This document shows, piece by piece, positions 27,483-38,811 of a DNA stretch of 64,000 nt. Every line of letters begins with the position of its first letter. Within the stretch, counting starts at the first letter, position 1. The notes under the pieces were generated by a model, which searched no databases, had not been told where the DNA came from, and saw only the letters and a list, made by a program, of their open reading frames with translations. The translations under genes were made by a program, and so were the position numbers. This DNA comes from Rickettsiales bacterium (GTDB lineage: Bacteria > Pseudomonadota > Alphaproteobacteria > Rickettsiales > UBA8987), in the NCBI GenBank assembly GCA_965222525.1, contig OZ244955.1:1259813-1323812 (forward strand), written 5' to 3'.

Positions 27483-27914
27483 CTAAAATCCCCTCCACCT
27501 CATACCGCCTAATATATAGCTTACCTTATCTCCCTTATCGACAAAGGGAAGCATTAATGTACGGTATTTTACCAGTACACCATCAGAATTGGTAAACTCC
27601 CCGTCATCATATACCGCCTTCTTGCTATCAACCACTTCGTTAAATTTCTCCGCAACCCTGTGGGTATGGGGGGACACCAGGAATTCAATCTCATCATGAC
27701 TAAAGTCATCACCGTAAGCTTCTATTAAATGCTTACCCATATAGTCATACTTATATTTGTGGTCACCAACCATCTCCACCAGGAAGCAATCATCCCATAC
27801 ACGCTCCAGCGCTTCAGGGTTTATCTGATCTTCATGTGGCAATACATCTTCACCTCCACGCAATCTTTCCCAGTAGCTGGTTAAAACATCGGTAAGTCTT
27901 ATATAATCTTTCAT
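27483..27914 (-). CDS. Standalone PAS-domain protein (PAS_5-like)
   Basis: YWERLRG...LP...YRTLMLPF...YILGG. Confidence 0.75.
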   Translation of the reverse strand: MKDYIRLTDVLTSYWERLRGGEDVLPHEDQINPEALERVWDDCFLVEMVGDHKYKYDYMGKHLIEAYGDDFSHDEIEFLVSPHTHRVAEKFNEVVDSKKAVYDDGEFTNSDGVLVKYRTLMLPFVDKGDKVSYILGGMRWRGF

Positions 27915-27932
27915 GGGGATACCTTTAAGAGG

Positions 27933-29261
27933 TTAATTATTATCTACAATTATGTTTCCGGCCAGATATAGCGATCCGCAAATCAGTATGACGGGAGGTT
28001 CCTTGCCGGATACGGGATGCATGGACAGTGTAGTCTCCACTGCGTCATATATATTCTTTTCAGCACTGGACGCAAGCCCAATTTTTTGACCTGCATTAAC
28101 GATTTCTTGAGGAGTGTGACAATTTTGTTCGTCCTGAATTGGGACAGCAAAGCAGTGGCCTGCAATATTCCTGAAGGGTGACAGGAATTCCGAGGGGTTG
28201 CGGTTGTTCATCATGGCAGCAACCAGATATATCTCTTTATTTTCCTTTCGCCATTTTTGGCATTGTCCGGCAAGCATTTCGGCTGCGGCTATATTATGCC
28301 CACCATCTACCCATATTTCGGGCTGGTTTTCCGACGGGATATTATGTTTATGTAAAAGATCGATTATTTTGCCTGATGTTATGCGCTGCAACCTGCCTGC
28401 CCATTTTGTATCAGTGACTGCCTGTTTTATGGTGGTTTGCGGAAGGTTGAACCCTGCCGTTTCCTGTAGGAGTTGTGCTGCTGCAATGGCTGCTCCCGCA
28501 TTGGTTACCTGATGAGCGCCGAGCAGTGATGGGGTAGGGAGGTCTAGGTTTAATAATTCTGATTTATAGTTGAAGCCATTTTGTGCGAGGGTTACTTCCC
28601 AATCTTCTCCATATGTAAAAGTATTTGCAGATTTTTCGGCAGCATACTGCTTTATTACCTGCAAGGCTTCCTGTGGCTGTCGGCTTGCGACACAAGGAAC
28701 ATCCTGTTTTATTATCGCTGCTTTTTCCGCCGCTATCTTTGTAATGCTATCCCCCAGATATGCAGTATGGTCGAGAGATATCGGGGTTATTACAGTGAGA
28801 GCCGGTTTATCGATAACATTGGTTGCGTCCAGCCTGCCACCCATACCGGTTTCCAGTAACACGATATCGGCCTTTATGCGGGAGAATGCAAGCAGGGCAG
28901 CCGAAGTGGTTCCCTCAAAATAGGTGAGTTTTATTCCATCCGCAGCAACACGGCATTCTTCCAGTATTTCATACAGATAACCATCGCTGATTTCCTCACC
29001 GGCAAGGATTATACGCTCATTGAAATTTACCAGATGCGGGGAGGTGTAAACATGTACCTTATATCCGGATTTCTCCAGTATGGTACGCAGGAAAGCAATA
29101 GTGGAGCCTTTACCATTTGTGCCGGCAAAATGCACTACAGGAGGGAGCTTTTCATGCGGGTTCCCCAGTCTGTCCAGATGCTCCCGCACCCGCTCAAGCC
29201 CGAGGTCAATCGGTTTATATCCAAGCGCAACCGGCCAGTGTGGATGTTTCATATGATGCAA
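27933..29261 (-). CDS. folC: Folylpolyglutamate synthase/dihydrofolate synthase
   Basis: GTNGKGS, YTSPHL, ETGMGGRLDATN, DGGHN, CGSLYLAG. Confidence 0.95.
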   Translation of the reverse strand: MHHMKHPHWPVALGYKPIDLGLERVREHLDRLGNPHEKLPPVVHFAGTNGKGSTIAFLRTILEKSGYKVHVYTSPHLVNFNERIILAGEEISDGYLYEILEECRVAADGIKLTYFEGTTSAALLAFSRIKADIVLLETGMGGRLDATNVIDKPALTVITPISLDHTAYLGDSITKIAAEKAAIIKQDVPCVASRQPQEALQVIKQYAAEKSANTFTYGEDWEVTLAQNGFNYKSELLNLDLPTPSLLGAHQVTNAGAAIAAAQLLQETAGFNLPQTTIKQAVTDTKWAGRLQRITSGKIIDLLHKHNIPSENQPEIWVDGGHNIAAAEMLAGQCQKWRKENKEIYLVAAMMNNRNPSEFLSPFRNIAGHCFAVPIQDEQNCHTPQEIVNAGQKIGLASSAEKNIYDAVETTLSMHPVSGKEPPVILICGSLYLAGNIIVDNN

Positions 29262-29275
29262 ACTCGGCAGGAGTG

Positions 29276-29593
29276 TTAAATCAAGGCATGCAGCCCGTGT
29301 TTTTTGACTATATTCAGCAGGCGCAGGGCAGGACCGCCGGGCTTCTTTACTCCACGTTCCCAGTCCGATACGAGATTTTTTGACACATTGAGATAGATTG
29401 CAAATATCGGCTGCGATACCTTCTCACTTTCCCGCAGTTTTTTTATCTCATCCGGCTGCATCGGCCTGACCGGCTCAAGGCAATCTTCATCAAACTCCCG
29501 CATCGTCTTCTTGTCAATTGCCCCTATCCTGTATAATGCAGACATGGTTTCATGGACAGCAGCAAGTGGTTCTGATTTATACTGTTTCGTCAT
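29276..29593 (-). CDS. XRE-HTH antitoxin (HigA-like)
   Basis: SQPIFAIYLNVSKNLVSDWERGVKKPGGPALRLL. Confidence 0.88.
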   Translation of the reverse strand: MTKQYKSEPLAAVHETMSALYRIGAIDKKTMREFDEDCLEPVRPMQPDEIKKLRESEKVSQPIFAIYLNVSKNLVSDWERGVKKPGGPALRLLNIVKKHGLHALI

Positions 29594-29979
29594 GATTTTA
29601 TTTCCTTTAACTCTTTATCTTCTATCAATTTATGAATTTCCTTATCTGTCATTTTCAGCAATCTCGTTGCAGACTTCTTGTAAATTTTCAAATCTTTCCG
29701 GCTTATATTATCACGTTCATTCTTGGCAAAACCATAAATAAAGAATGCCTTATCGCCTTTCTTAAACGCAATAATTGTGCGGTATCCTCCGGATTTTCCT
29801 TTCCCTTTTCTCGCAATACGCTGCTTTATAACACCGCCACCGAGATTTGCATCTACAAGCCCCTTTTCCATATCGGCTATAGCATCCAGCAATGTTTTGT
29901 TATCTATATTTTCACGTTTAGTAAAACGCTCAAACCAGGCATTCTTAAAAATCCGTAATTTTACCTCATTGCCCGACAT
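29590..29979 (-). CDS. RelE-family toxin (HigB-like)
   Basis: DANLGGGVIKQRIARKGKGKSGGYRTII...YGFAKNE; toxin-first order. Confidence 0.88.
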   Translation of the reverse strand: MSGNEVKLRIFKNAWFERFTKRENIDNKTLLDAIADMEKGLVDANLGGGVIKQRIARKGKGKSGGYRTIIAFKKGDKAFFIYGFAKNERDNISRKDLKIYKKSATRLLKMTDKEIHKLIEDKELKEIKS

Positions 29980-30040
29980 ATATTATATCACACATAGTGT
30001 TATATGCAAGGATTATCTACCAGACAGTACCGTCAAATTC

Positions 30041-30149
30041 GCTAGCATGCGGCGAAAATGACCGTTTTCGAGAACCGTACTGCAGCGTACTTTTGGGTAC
30101 GTGAAGCACGGAAGCGCAGAAAATGGTTATTTGCAGCCCATGATAGTAG
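30041..30149. repeat. RPE-like palindromic repeat family E, copy 1
   Basis: GAAAATGACCGTTTTCGAGAACCG...GCGTAC..GTACGTGA...GGAAGCGCAGAAAAT; copy at 47444. Confidence 0.85.
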
Positions 30150-30165
30150 AATTTGACGGTACTGT

Positions 30166-31062
30166 CTAGAAAGCGGACAGGCAGATAACCTCGTTGCCGG
30201 GGGAGACATATTCCATTGTATCAAAGCTGTACATATTGGCGAGGGCGATACCACGGCCATGTTTCTCGGTAACACGGTCGGGGTCGAGCTTCATATACGG
30301 TTTCCAGTCGAAGCCTTTTCCTTCATCCTTCACCCGCAGCTTGATTCCCACATCATCTTTCTCGAATGAAACGGTAACCTTCTTGTCCCTGTTTTCCGGC
30401 AGGGAAACCAGTCTATGCAGTTCCTTGTCCCAGGTGTTGTAATATATGTGGTCTTTCTTCTCATCAGCAGAAACCGCCAGATTTCCATGCTCAACCGCAT
30501 TTTCCAGTATGGCGGAAATCCCGACTATTACCTTCTCCGGGTCAGAATAAAGTCCGGCAAGAAACACAGCAAGCTCCTTGGCTTCTTCCATGGTACGAAA
30601 GGTCACGGTGAGATTACTTACCTCTCCGGGAACCTTGTGCCCCTGCTTTACCTTGTCCAGCAGGACCTGTTGCAGGCTCCTGTCCTCAATCGCTGCACTT
30701 ACTATGGAAAGCAGGACTTCCGGCTCAAACGGTTTGGCCAGGTAATAGTAAACACCGGCCTTGATTCCTTCCAGCACCTGGTTTTTCTCCGCCGCCGCAG
30801 TCTGCATTATAACCGGAATCTTTTTCAGCTCCTTATCCTTTCTGGCCTGCCACAATACCTCCATACCGTCCATATCCGGCATCATCCGGTCAAGCAATAC
30901 AACCTTTACCTCATCCTTGAGGTTTTGCAGTGACTCCAGCCCCTTCTTGCCACCATCGGCGGTCACCACATTATAACCCTCCCGTTTCAGGTGAAACTGC
31001 AGGATACGTAAATTATTCGGCTCATCATCAACCGCCAGAACTGTTCCCCTTGAATTACTCAT
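30166..31062 (-). CDS. Response regulator with C-terminal RsbW-like HATPase domain
   Basis: VDDE, LLDRMMP, KPF; NAVEHGNL, DEGKGFDW, HGRGI. Confidence 0.88.
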   Translation of the reverse strand: MSNSRGTVLAVDDEPNNLRILQFHLKREGYNVVTADGGKKGLESLQNLKDEVKVVLLDRMMPDMDGMEVLWQARKDKELKKIPVIMQTAAAEKNQVLEGIKAGVYYYLAKPFEPEVLLSIVSAAIEDRSLQQVLLDKVKQGHKVPGEVSNLTVTFRTMEEAKELAVFLAGLYSDPEKVIVGISAILENAVEHGNLAVSADEKKDHIYYNTWDKELHRLVSLPENRDKKVTVSFEKDDVGIKLRVKDEGKGFDWKPYMKLDPDRVTEKHGRGIALANMYSFDTMEYVSPGNEVICLSAF

Positions 31063-32642
31063 AATACCCCTCCTTGAGTGATTGGATTGCTATCTTCGAC
31101 ATACTTAACGGGAATTGAAAAAGTCAGCTTCGCCCCAGTATTTGTGTTATTCTCCGCCCATATCCTGCCGTGATGGGCTTCGATTATTTCCTTGCATATC
31201 GCCAGTCCCAGGCCGGTTCCGCCTGCACCGGTTTTGGTCTGGCTGCTCTGTATGAACTTGTCGAATATCGCATCCAGTTCATTATCCGGTATACCGACCC
31301 CCTCATCTATTATAGACAGGGAAAGCGCATCTACATTTTGTTCAAGCGGAAAATTACCGAAAATCACCGATATTTTCCTGTCTTCCGGAGTGAATTTTAT
31401 CGCATTTGACAACAGGTTCCATACCACCTGTGTTATCTTCTGGCGATCAAATTCGGCAATTGTGGGAAATTCCTTATCGGTCACATCTATGGTGATATTT
31501 TTCTCCTGTGTGAGGGAGCTCAACTGTTTTATGGTATCTTCCACGATGGTTTTCAGGTCATTCTCCTCCATGTCAAATTCCATAATGCCGGATTCCAGCT
31601 TGGACAGGTCGAGTATCCCGTTCAGTACAGCAAGCAGGCGGTCACCGCTTTGCTGTATGAGGGTGAGGTTTTCCATCTGCTCTTCCTTTGTCCAGTCATC
31701 TATCGCCTGTGCGCCCATCTTGGAAAAGCTTATGATGGAATGCAGCGGAGTGCGCAGCTCATGCGACATATTGGCCAGAAACTCACTCTTGGCCATATTG
31801 GCACGTTCGGCTTCCTGTCTGGCCTTTATCAGCTTTTTTTCTGCCCTGAACCGCTCTATCGCCCGCCCCAGTTGCGAGCATATATTGGACATTGTATTAA
31901 GCCTGGCCTTGTCGGGATGATAATCTCCCAGAGCAAAAAACTCCATTATATAAGTTGTCTTTCCTCCGGAAAATATGGGAAAGCCGATATTGCCACGTAA
32001 TGCCGAATTTCCCACCGCCCTTGACCTCAGGTAATTTTTATTTTCATGAATGTCGGTAATCCAGAACGGCTTTCCCGCCTGCAGGACACGTCCAGGCAAT
32101 CCCTCACCACTAGCAAAAGATGTGGATTCGGTCAGTTCTATAAAATCCATGTATTTGTCCCTGTCATTTATATGCCATATTCGTGATGAATGTAGCTTTT
32201 CATCCTTTTTGTCATAGTAAAAAACATGGCCAAGCGGCCAACTGGTGAAATCACATATCAGGTTCAGGCAGATCTGCAGGGCGTCCTCTTCCGTATCCGC
32301 CTCATTCACAGTTACGGTTACATCATGCAGAAGCTGGATAAGCTTGTTTTTGGTCTCCAGTACGTAATTGGCGGCTTCGGCGGTTTCTATGGCCTTCTTC
32401 AGCTTGTTGGTGCGCTCGATAACCTTGCTTTCCAAATCCATATTGGCATATTCCAGCGTATCCAGCACGCTGTTGTAATGCTCGGCTACTGTGTAAAGCT
32501 CCGACTCCTGGGGAACATCCACCCGCCTGGTTATATCTCCCGTCTTGGCTTGCAGTTTCATCTCATAAAGCAACGCATGCAGAGCATCATCCTGTTCATT
32601 GCCTTGGGAGGAGGAAAATATATTGCGGAGTTTTTTGAGCAT
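31059..32642 (-). CDS. GAF-domain sensor histidine kinase
   Basis: GEGLPGRV (GAF), SHELRTPL, NAIKFT, GTGLGLAI. Confidence 0.92.
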   Translation of the reverse strand: MLKKLRNIFSSSQGNEQDDALHALLYEMKLQAKTGDITRRVDVPQESELYTVAEHYNSVLDTLEYANMDLESKVIERTNKLKKAIETAEAANYVLETKNKLIQLLHDVTVTVNEADTEEDALQICLNLICDFTSWPLGHVFYYDKKDEKLHSSRIWHINDRDKYMDFIELTESTSFASGEGLPGRVLQAGKPFWITDIHENKNYLRSRAVGNSALRGNIGFPIFSGGKTTYIMEFFALGDYHPDKARLNTMSNICSQLGRAIERFRAEKKLIKARQEAERANMAKSEFLANMSHELRTPLHSIISFSKMGAQAIDDWTKEEQMENLTLIQQSGDRLLAVLNGILDLSKLESGIMEFDMEENDLKTIVEDTIKQLSSLTQEKNITIDVTDKEFPTIAEFDRQKITQVVWNLLSNAIKFTPEDRKISVIFGNFPLEQNVDALSLSIIDEGVGIPDNELDAIFDKFIQSSQTKTGAGGTGLGLAICKEIIEAHHGRIWAENNTNTGAKLTFSIPVKYVEDSNPITQGGVL

Positions 32643-32770
32643 CGTGTAAAGATGAAAAATAGTATAGTGATATACTCAGTTATTACACTCGTACTAAAAA
32701 ACAAGTATTTTGAACGATTATAGGCATGTTATGCTACCAGCATTTATGTCTTGTTGTATAAAGGCTACTT

Positions 32771-33892
32771 TTATTCAATTTTTCTATGTCCTTTAACATG
32801 TAGCCCGTAACCCTCAAGAGCAACTATAGTACGGTCGGAATTGGTAAGCAGAATCATGTCTTTTATACCCAGATCGAGCAGTATCTGCGCACCTATGCCG
32901 TAATCCCGCAGGTCGGTTTTTGTATGTGCTTCCGACGGTTCCTGCTGTCTGCCCAGACGCTTTTTGATGCTTTCCGAAAGGCGGTTACGCCGCGGCTCAC
33001 GAATCAGCACCACTACCCCACGTCCTTCCTTATCGATAATTTCCATCGATTTACGCAAATCATCGGCCTTGCCGGAAGCAGCATCAACCAGTACGTCATT
33101 TAACACATCCATCGCATGCATCCGTACCAACACAGGATCTTCGGCAGTTATATCTCCCTTCACCAGTGCAACATGCTCGGCATATTCAATCATATTTACA
33201 TATAAAATCATATTGAAATCACCACCGTACCTGCTGGTGAAAGTGGTTTCCATCTCGCGCCGCACCAGGCTGTCATTGCGATTACGGTAGGAAATCAAAT
33301 CGGCAATGGTTGCGATTTTCAAATTATGCTCCTGCGCAAATTCAATCAGGTCAGGCATTCTGGCCATAGTACCGTCATCATTCATAATCTCGCAGATAAC
33401 CCCAGCAGGATTCATCCCCGCCAGCTTTGCTATATCTACCGCAGCCTCGGTATGTCCCGCCCGCACCAGTACACCGCCCTCCCGTGCCACAAGCGGGAAT
33501 ATATGGCCTGGAGTTGCAATATCCTGTGCGTTTCTGGCAGGGTCAATAGCGGTCTGTATGGTTTTCGCACGGTCAGCGGCGGAAATCCCCGTGGTAACCC
33601 CCTCCCGTGCTTCAATTGAAATAGTGAAAGCGGTCTGGTGGCGGCTCTGGTTATATTGCGACATAAGCGGCAGGCCAAGTTCATCCACCCGTTTTTGTGT
33701 AAGCGCAAGGCAGATTAACCCGCGGCCATATTTCGCCATGAAATTCACAGCCGCCGAATCGGCCTTTTCGGCAGGAATTACCAGGTCTCCTTCATTCTCC
33801 CGACTTTCATCGTCAACCAGAATAAACATCCGCCCCGCCTTCGCATCGGTGATAATATCTTCAACAGGAGAAAGATGTGGTGAATGGTTCAT
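32771..33892 (-). CDS. ribB: DHBP synthase with degenerate GTP cyclohydrolase II domain
   Basis: [16 protein letters not shown]-like motif, GHTEA. C-domain lacks the Zn-binding Cys residues. Confidence 0.93.
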   Translation of the reverse strand: MNHSPHLSPVEDIITDAKAGRMFILVDDESRENEGDLVIPAEKADSAAVNFMAKYGRGLICLALTQKRVDELGLPLMSQYNQSRHQTAFTISIEAREGVTTGISAADRAKTIQTAIDPARNAQDIATPGHIFPLVAREGGVLVRAGHTEAAVDIAKLAGMNPAGVICEIMNDDGTMARMPDLIEFAQEHNLKIATIADLISYRNRNDSLVRREMETTFTSRYGGDFNMILYVNMIEYAEHVALVKGDITAEDPVLVRMHAMDVLNDVLVDAASGKADDLRKSMEIIDKEGRGVVVLIREPRRNRLSESIKKRLGRQQEPSEAHTKTDLRDYGIGAQILLDLGIKDMILLTNSDRTIVALEGYGLHVKGHRKIE

Positions 33893-33913
33893 GTTTTTTG
33901 TCTTATTACTTTA

Positions 33914-33959
33914 TGTGCCATTCTGGCAAAAGCCGTACTTTTGCTGTTTCAGGATGACA
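33914..33959. repeat. Partial copy of repeat family D
   Basis: CTGGCAAAAGCCGTACTTTTGCTGTTTCAG matches the reverse complement of 54060-54100. Confidence 0.65.
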
Positions 33960-34101
33960 TATACTACATAGCCGTTCCTGTATGTGCAATATGCCACAAG
34001 TAACGATGATGTATTTTTACAATATGATAGTAGAATGTGCAAATAGCCCGCAAATAAAATCTGTAGTTGTGATTTGTTGTGTGTTATGAAACTCCAAGGA
34101 C

Positions 34102-34647
34102 GTGCGTAAATTCACAATGCAGTTAGTATCCGGCAAAAATCCTGTAATATTCATCAACCCTGCTCATTCCCCAGATTTTGTGGTGGTGGGCAGGTATGAT
34201 ATTGCCGTAAGCACTTTGGACGAGGCAAGTGCAGCAGCGGATTTCCTTGCCAATTTTTATCCGGAGCCGGAAAGGGTTCGCTTCGGTATTCATGAACTGG
34301 CGATAAATGCGGTTGAACATGGCAATCTTGGTATCGGTTACGACCTGAAAACCGAACTGGTCAGACAGGGCAAATGGCTGGACGAAGTGGAACGCAGACG
34401 GAATTTACCTCATAATATCAACAAGAAAGCCCATATCAGATTCCGCCGCTACAGCGATAATATTTCACTGACAATCAGCGATTGCGGTAACGGGTTCGAC
34501 TGGCGGAAGTATCTGGAAATCTCACCAGAACAACTTACCGCAAACCATGGCCGTGGCATTGCAATCGCCGCCGCCATGAGCTTCGACAGCCTTGACTATG
34601 CCGTAAGTGGTAGCGAGGTTATTTGCAAAGTTGCTTTACGTGAGTAG
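34102..34647 (+). CDS. Standalone RsbW-like HATPase domain protein
   Basis: NAVEHGNLGI, DCGNGFDW, HGRGIA; paralog of the C-domain of 30166-31062. Confidence 0.8.
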   Translation: MRKFTMQLVSGKNPVIFINPAHSPDFVVVGRYDIAVSTLDEASAAADFLANFYPEPERVRFGIHELAINAVEHGNLGIGYDLKTELVRQGKWLDEVERRRNLPHNINKKAHIRFRRYSDNISLTISDCGNGFDWRKYLEISPEQLTANHGRGIAIAAAMSFDSLDYAVSGSEVICKVALRE

Positions 34648-34993
34648 GAAGTACCTTTTTATTTCTTATATGATTGTTTTATAATAGTATTTCCTAAAAG
34701 AAAATACTATGAATACCGATGCTGGGGCATCGGGATTCTGCCGTGTAGCGAGTGTAATTTTACGTAAATAAAATTGAAAATACTATAGTTATCGTTATTC
34801 TGAATAATTTCCGTGTATTTTGCCATAGCCCAAAAGGATAACTGCTAAATTTGCATTAGCGCAAGTGAAAATTCGCAGCACGTAGTTTACCCTACTTGCA
34901 AGAAATTTACACGTAGCTATAAGGTAAATTTATCTGGTTGCAAAACATACGGAAATTATTTGGAATGACTATAGAATATTATTAGTGATCAAA

Positions 34994-36070
34994 ATGAGTT
35001 TTGAAGATAAATTGTCGGGGATTGTAGCGCATCATGGGGAGCTTGGTGAAAAGCTTGCCGACCCGTCTGCTATGGATAACCGGGAATTTGCAACGATTTC
35101 CAAGGAATATTCCGACCTGACCGGTGTTGTTGAGAAAATCAGTGAATATCTGGGGACACGGAAGGCGGTTGCTGAGGCAGAAGAGATTATAAATGATACT
35201 TCCAGCGATGCTGATATGAAAGAACTGGCTGAGGAGGAATTGCAGGAGTTGAAAAATGGCCTGCCACAGCTGGAGCAGGAGATAAAAATTATGCTACTGC
35301 CCAGGGATGCGGCGGATGAGAAGAATGCAATACTGGAGGTTCGTGCCGGTACCGGCGGAGATGAGGCAGCCCTGTTTGCGGCCGATTTATTCCGTATGTA
35401 TCAGCGCTATGCCGAAAATCGTGGCTGGCGGTTTGAGGTTATGTCAATTTCGGAGAATGGTATCGGCGGTTATAAGGAGGCTGCGGCCAATATCAGCGGT
35501 ACCAATGTATTCGAGCGGATGAAATTTGAATCCGGAGTGCATCGGGTGCAGCGTGTGCCGGAGACTGAATCACAGGGACGGGTGCATACTTCCGCTGCAA
35601 CTGTAGCAGTCCTGCCGGAGGCGGAAGAGGTTGATGTTCATGTCGATGAAAAGGATTTGCGGATTGATATTTTTCGTGCGAGCGGTCCGGGCGGGCAGTC
35701 GGTAAATACTACGGATAGTGCTGTACGTATTACCCATATTCCCACTGGTATAGTGGTTTCCCAACAGGATGAGAAATCACAGCATAAGAATAAGGCTAAG
35801 GCGTTGAAAATCTTACGGGCACGGTTATATGAACATGAACGGGAGCAGAAAGCCGCAGAGCGGGCGGCCGAGCGCAAGAGCCAGGTTGGCTCCGGTGATC
35901 GTTCCGAGCGTATCCGTACCTATAATTTCCCGCAAGGTCGTGTCAGCGACCATCGCATTAACCTTACCCTTTATAAAATAAATGAAATAGTAAATGACGG
36001 CCAGCTGGATGAAGTCATTGATGCACTTATAGCCGAGGATCAGGCTACTAAACTCGCCGAGTCGGTTTAA
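34994..36070 (+). CDS. prfA: Peptide chain release factor 1
   Basis: GTGGDEA, PET motif, GGQ, RTYNFPQ. Confidence 0.97.
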   Translation: MSFEDKLSGIVAHHGELGEKLADPSAMDNREFATISKEYSDLTGVVEKISEYLGTRKAVAEAEEIINDTSSDADMKELAEEELQELKNGLPQLEQEIKIMLLPRDAADEKNAILEVRAGTGGDEAALFAADLFRMYQRYAENRGWRFEVMSISENGIGGYKEAAANISGTNVFERMKFESGVHRVQRVPETESQGRVHTSAATVAVLPEAEEVDVHVDEKDLRIDIFRASGPGGQSVNTTDSAVRITHIPTGIVVSQQDEKSQHKNKAKALKILRARLYEHEREQKAAERAAERKSQVGSGDRSERIRTYNFPQGRVSDHRINLTLYKINEIVNDGQLDEVIDALIAEDQATKLAESV

Positions 36071-36468
36071 GTTTTTCTTTTCCGTTCCAGATCATCCATA
36101 AGCAACTCCTTGGCCTGGTTGATTTTTATGGCGAAATATTTGGTGCCACCCTGATCGGGGTGGTTGGACTGCATCAGTTTATGATAGGCTTTCTTTACAT
36201 CGGCTTTGGTGTAATCCTTGTCCAGCCCGAACATTTCTCTGGCCTCTTCCAGTGTAATATCTGCTTCCCCCACTGATTTTCCACCGGAATTACCATAATT
36301 CCTGCTGGCATTATGAACCACCTTTATCCTCAGGAAACGCTCGTAAAGCGTAGCCAGAAACAGCAGGAAGCTGAGGATAGAGCCGGGTACAATCGCTCGC
36401 ATCCGGAACAGGATTATAATCACCGCTACCAGCGTAATAATTATCAGCCATTTGGTGGAACGTTTCAT
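36067..36468 (-). CDS. Membrane-anchored DnaJ-domain protein
   Basis: Two TM segments, then NHPDQGG. Confidence 0.85.
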   Translation of the reverse strand: MKRSTKWLIIITLVAVIIILFRMRAIVPGSILSFLLFLATLYERFLRIKVVHNASRNYGNSGGKSVGEADITLEEAREMFGLDKDYTKADVKKAYHKLMQSNHPDQGGTKYFAIKINQAKELLMDDLERKRKT

Positions 36469-36477
36469 AATCTGGAA

Positions 36478-38619
36478 CTACCTTGCATCATGCAGGGCTT
36501 TGAGCAGGTCGGACTTATTTAGGTATTCCGATAATATTATCCCGTCGGGGGCGGATTTGCCATAGACAATGTTAAACGGGATGCCGTGGCGGTTATGCGA
36601 GCGCAGGAAGTCGGTAATTTCCTTGCTGGGCGAGGTATAGTCGGCTTTCATTGCTACTATATCATCACCACTCAAACGTGACATAACCTCGTCGGTATTG
36701 ATAACGTTAATCTTGTTCCATTTGCAGGTCAGGCACCAGTCGGCGGTTACATCGACAAATATCACCTTGCCTTCCGCTACCAGCCCGGGGATTTTCGCCT
36801 GGTCGAATTTCTGCCATAATTCACTTTGGGCAATCTTATGAACCATCCGCTGCGCATTACTTATCGGGAAATAGAAGCTGAGAGCTATCAATACGGCAAT
36901 TATCACCTTGCCGGCAGGAGATTCAAACCGGCGCAGCATAGCGATTATCAGCAGGGACATGAACAGTAATATTCCGGCGGAGAGCGTACCTATCTGGCTT
37001 TGAAGCACGGAGACCAGCCATAATGCGGTAGCGGCGAGCAAAATCCCCAGGAAGAACTTGACTTTTATCATCCACATGCCGGGTTTGGGGAGTTTTGTGA
37101 CAAGTCCGGGTAAAAAGGCGAAGATTATATATGGCAGCGCCAGGCCGATGCCGATAAAGGTGAATATCAGCAATATATCGGGAGCCGATTGCGACAGGGC
37201 AAAGCTCACCGCTACCGCCATAACAGGTGCAACACAGGGGGTGGCCATCAGGGCGGCCAGCATGCCGGTCATGAAATGGCCGAGCATGGTGTCTTCATGG
37301 CCGGTTTCGTGATGTATAAGCCTGCCCGCCCATTTTGGCATGGCGACCTCAAAGAATCCCCACTGGTTTGCAGCGAAAATAACCATTACCAATGTGAGAA
37401 AAATTACAAAAGCCGGGTTCTGGAACTGGAATCCCCAGCCGATTGCCGCACCGGCCGAACGCAGAGCTATGACTATTCCGGCGAGTATCATGAAGGATAT
37501 GATGATGCCGGCGGTTGTGGTCAGGAAGCTGGTGCGGATGTGGGAGCGGTTACCGCCTCCATGCTTGATTACGCTGATTAGTTTTATTGATAAAACCGGC
37601 AATACGCAGGGCATTATGTTCAATATCAGCCCGCCGATAACTGCAATTACCAGAACGATGGGCATACCGTATTTATCAATTAAATCATATAGATAAGCAT
37701 TGGTGCCGGTTTCGGAATTCGTGCTGCTTGTGGGGGGGGCAGCATTCAGTTCAGTTTTTTTTTCTGTCGACGGGGAGGTGTTGCTGCCGGCGATTATGGA
37801 TTTTTCCACCGCCTGTGCGCCATTTATCAGGGTTAATTTCAACTCCTGCCCCTTGAGTTTTTCTCCCTCAAGCAAAACCTCATATTTTATCCTGGCCACC
37901 GCCTTTTTCCTGTCCTCGGAATAAAGGATTTCCGGCTTTGGAAAACGGAAATTTGTACTTCCTTCTATGAAAATATCGGGTTTTTCCAGCGGCTCGCCGG
38001 CGGAAATTTCAATCTCCAGTTCTTCATCCTTTAACGATATATCACCTATAGTAAGCCCACTCGTCCCATTTTCCGCAGGCACCTTATCGGCAAATTTCGA
38101 GATCAGCGTATGGTTATCCTTATCCGCATCACCGACTTTCACCAGTAATTCAAAATCATCTGTCAGGAATACACAAATTTCATCACATACCGAGTAATTT
38201 ACTGTAATTCTGGCAAAGACAGGCTTATCCGGGTTGTCGGCGGTAACTTCAACCGGCAATACCAGCTCGTCGTCATAGACAAAATTCTCCATCTTGCCTT
38301 CCACACCTTCAAATTCAACCGTATGACGCTTGGGGGCAGGCCATTTTATTGCTGATTCTTTGGCAGACTCCTTGACATTCTCCGCATTGCTCCAGTCTAT
38401 TTCCGCTGCCAGTCCACCATCGCCGGGAGTGCGCCAGTAAGTCTTCCACTTGTCCGCCATCATGAAATGCAGCCCGAGCAGTGCCTTACCATCCTTGTAT
38501 TCTCCTACTATGAGACGAACGGAAACCTCATCCCGATGCTTCCAGTCGGACGAAGTAGCTGCAAAAACCCCGGCAGGAAGCAGGACAAGCAGAGTAATTA
38601 TGGTGAGAAGCTGTTTCAT
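36478..38619 (-). CDS. dsbD: Protein-disulfide reductase, DsbD family
   Basis: WKTYWRTPGD, CDEIC, MPCVLP, ATPC, ADWCLTC. Confidence 0.9.
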   Translation of the reverse strand: MKQLLTIITLLVLLPAGVFAATSSDWKHRDEVSVRLIVGEYKDGKALLGLHFMMADKWKTYWRTPGDGGLAAEIDWSNAENVKESAKESAIKWPAPKRHTVEFEGVEGKMENFVYDDELVLPVEVTADNPDKPVFARITVNYSVCDEICVFLTDDFELLVKVGDADKDNHTLISKFADKVPAENGTSGLTIGDISLKDEELEIEISAGEPLEKPDIFIEGSTNFRFPKPEILYSEDRKKAVARIKYEVLLEGEKLKGQELKLTLINGAQAVEKSIIAGSNTSPSTEKKTELNAAPPTSSTNSETGTNAYLYDLIDKYGMPIVLVIAVIGGLILNIMPCVLPVLSIKLISVIKHGGGNRSHIRTSFLTTTAGIIISFMILAGIVIALRSAGAAIGWGFQFQNPAFVIFLTLVMVIFAANQWGFFEVAMPKWAGRLIHHETGHEDTMLGHFMTGMLAALMATPCVAPVMAVAVSFALSQSAPDILLIFTFIGIGLALPYIIFAFLPGLVTKLPKPGMWMIKVKFFLGILLAATALWLVSVLQSQIGTLSAGILLFMSLLIIAMLRRFESPAGKVIIAVLIALSFYFPISNAQRMVHKIAQSELWQKFDQAKIPGLVAEGKVIFVDVTADWCLTCKWNKINVINTDEVMSRLSGDDIVAMKADYTSPSKEITDFLRSHNRHGIPFNIVYGKSAPDGIILSEYLNKSDLLKALHDAR

Positions 38620-38632
38620 ATTTTTACGCCTG

Positions 38633-38811
38633 CCCCTCCCGCTTGCGGGAGGGGAGAAAATCTGAGGAAACTTGTTTCCCAGATTTTCGGGGAGGGAACT
38701 ACTGAGGTAGTGGCTATTGGTTTTTGGCTATTAGCTGTTGGTATTCCCCCACCAGAAATCCTAAGGATTAAAAATCCTTGGATTTCTTGCCTCCCCCGCA
38801 AGCGGGGGAGG
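38633..38811. repeat. Palindromic repeat family B, copy 1
   Basis: CCCTCCCGCTTGCGGGAGGG...CCTCCCCCGCAAGCGGGGGAGG; copy at 42873 and half copy in valS. Confidence 0.9.

Noticed and set aside
32771-33300. Active GTP cyclohydrolase II (ribA)
   Set aside because: Zn-binding cysteines are absent; this degenerate RibBX-type domain is common in proteobacteria.
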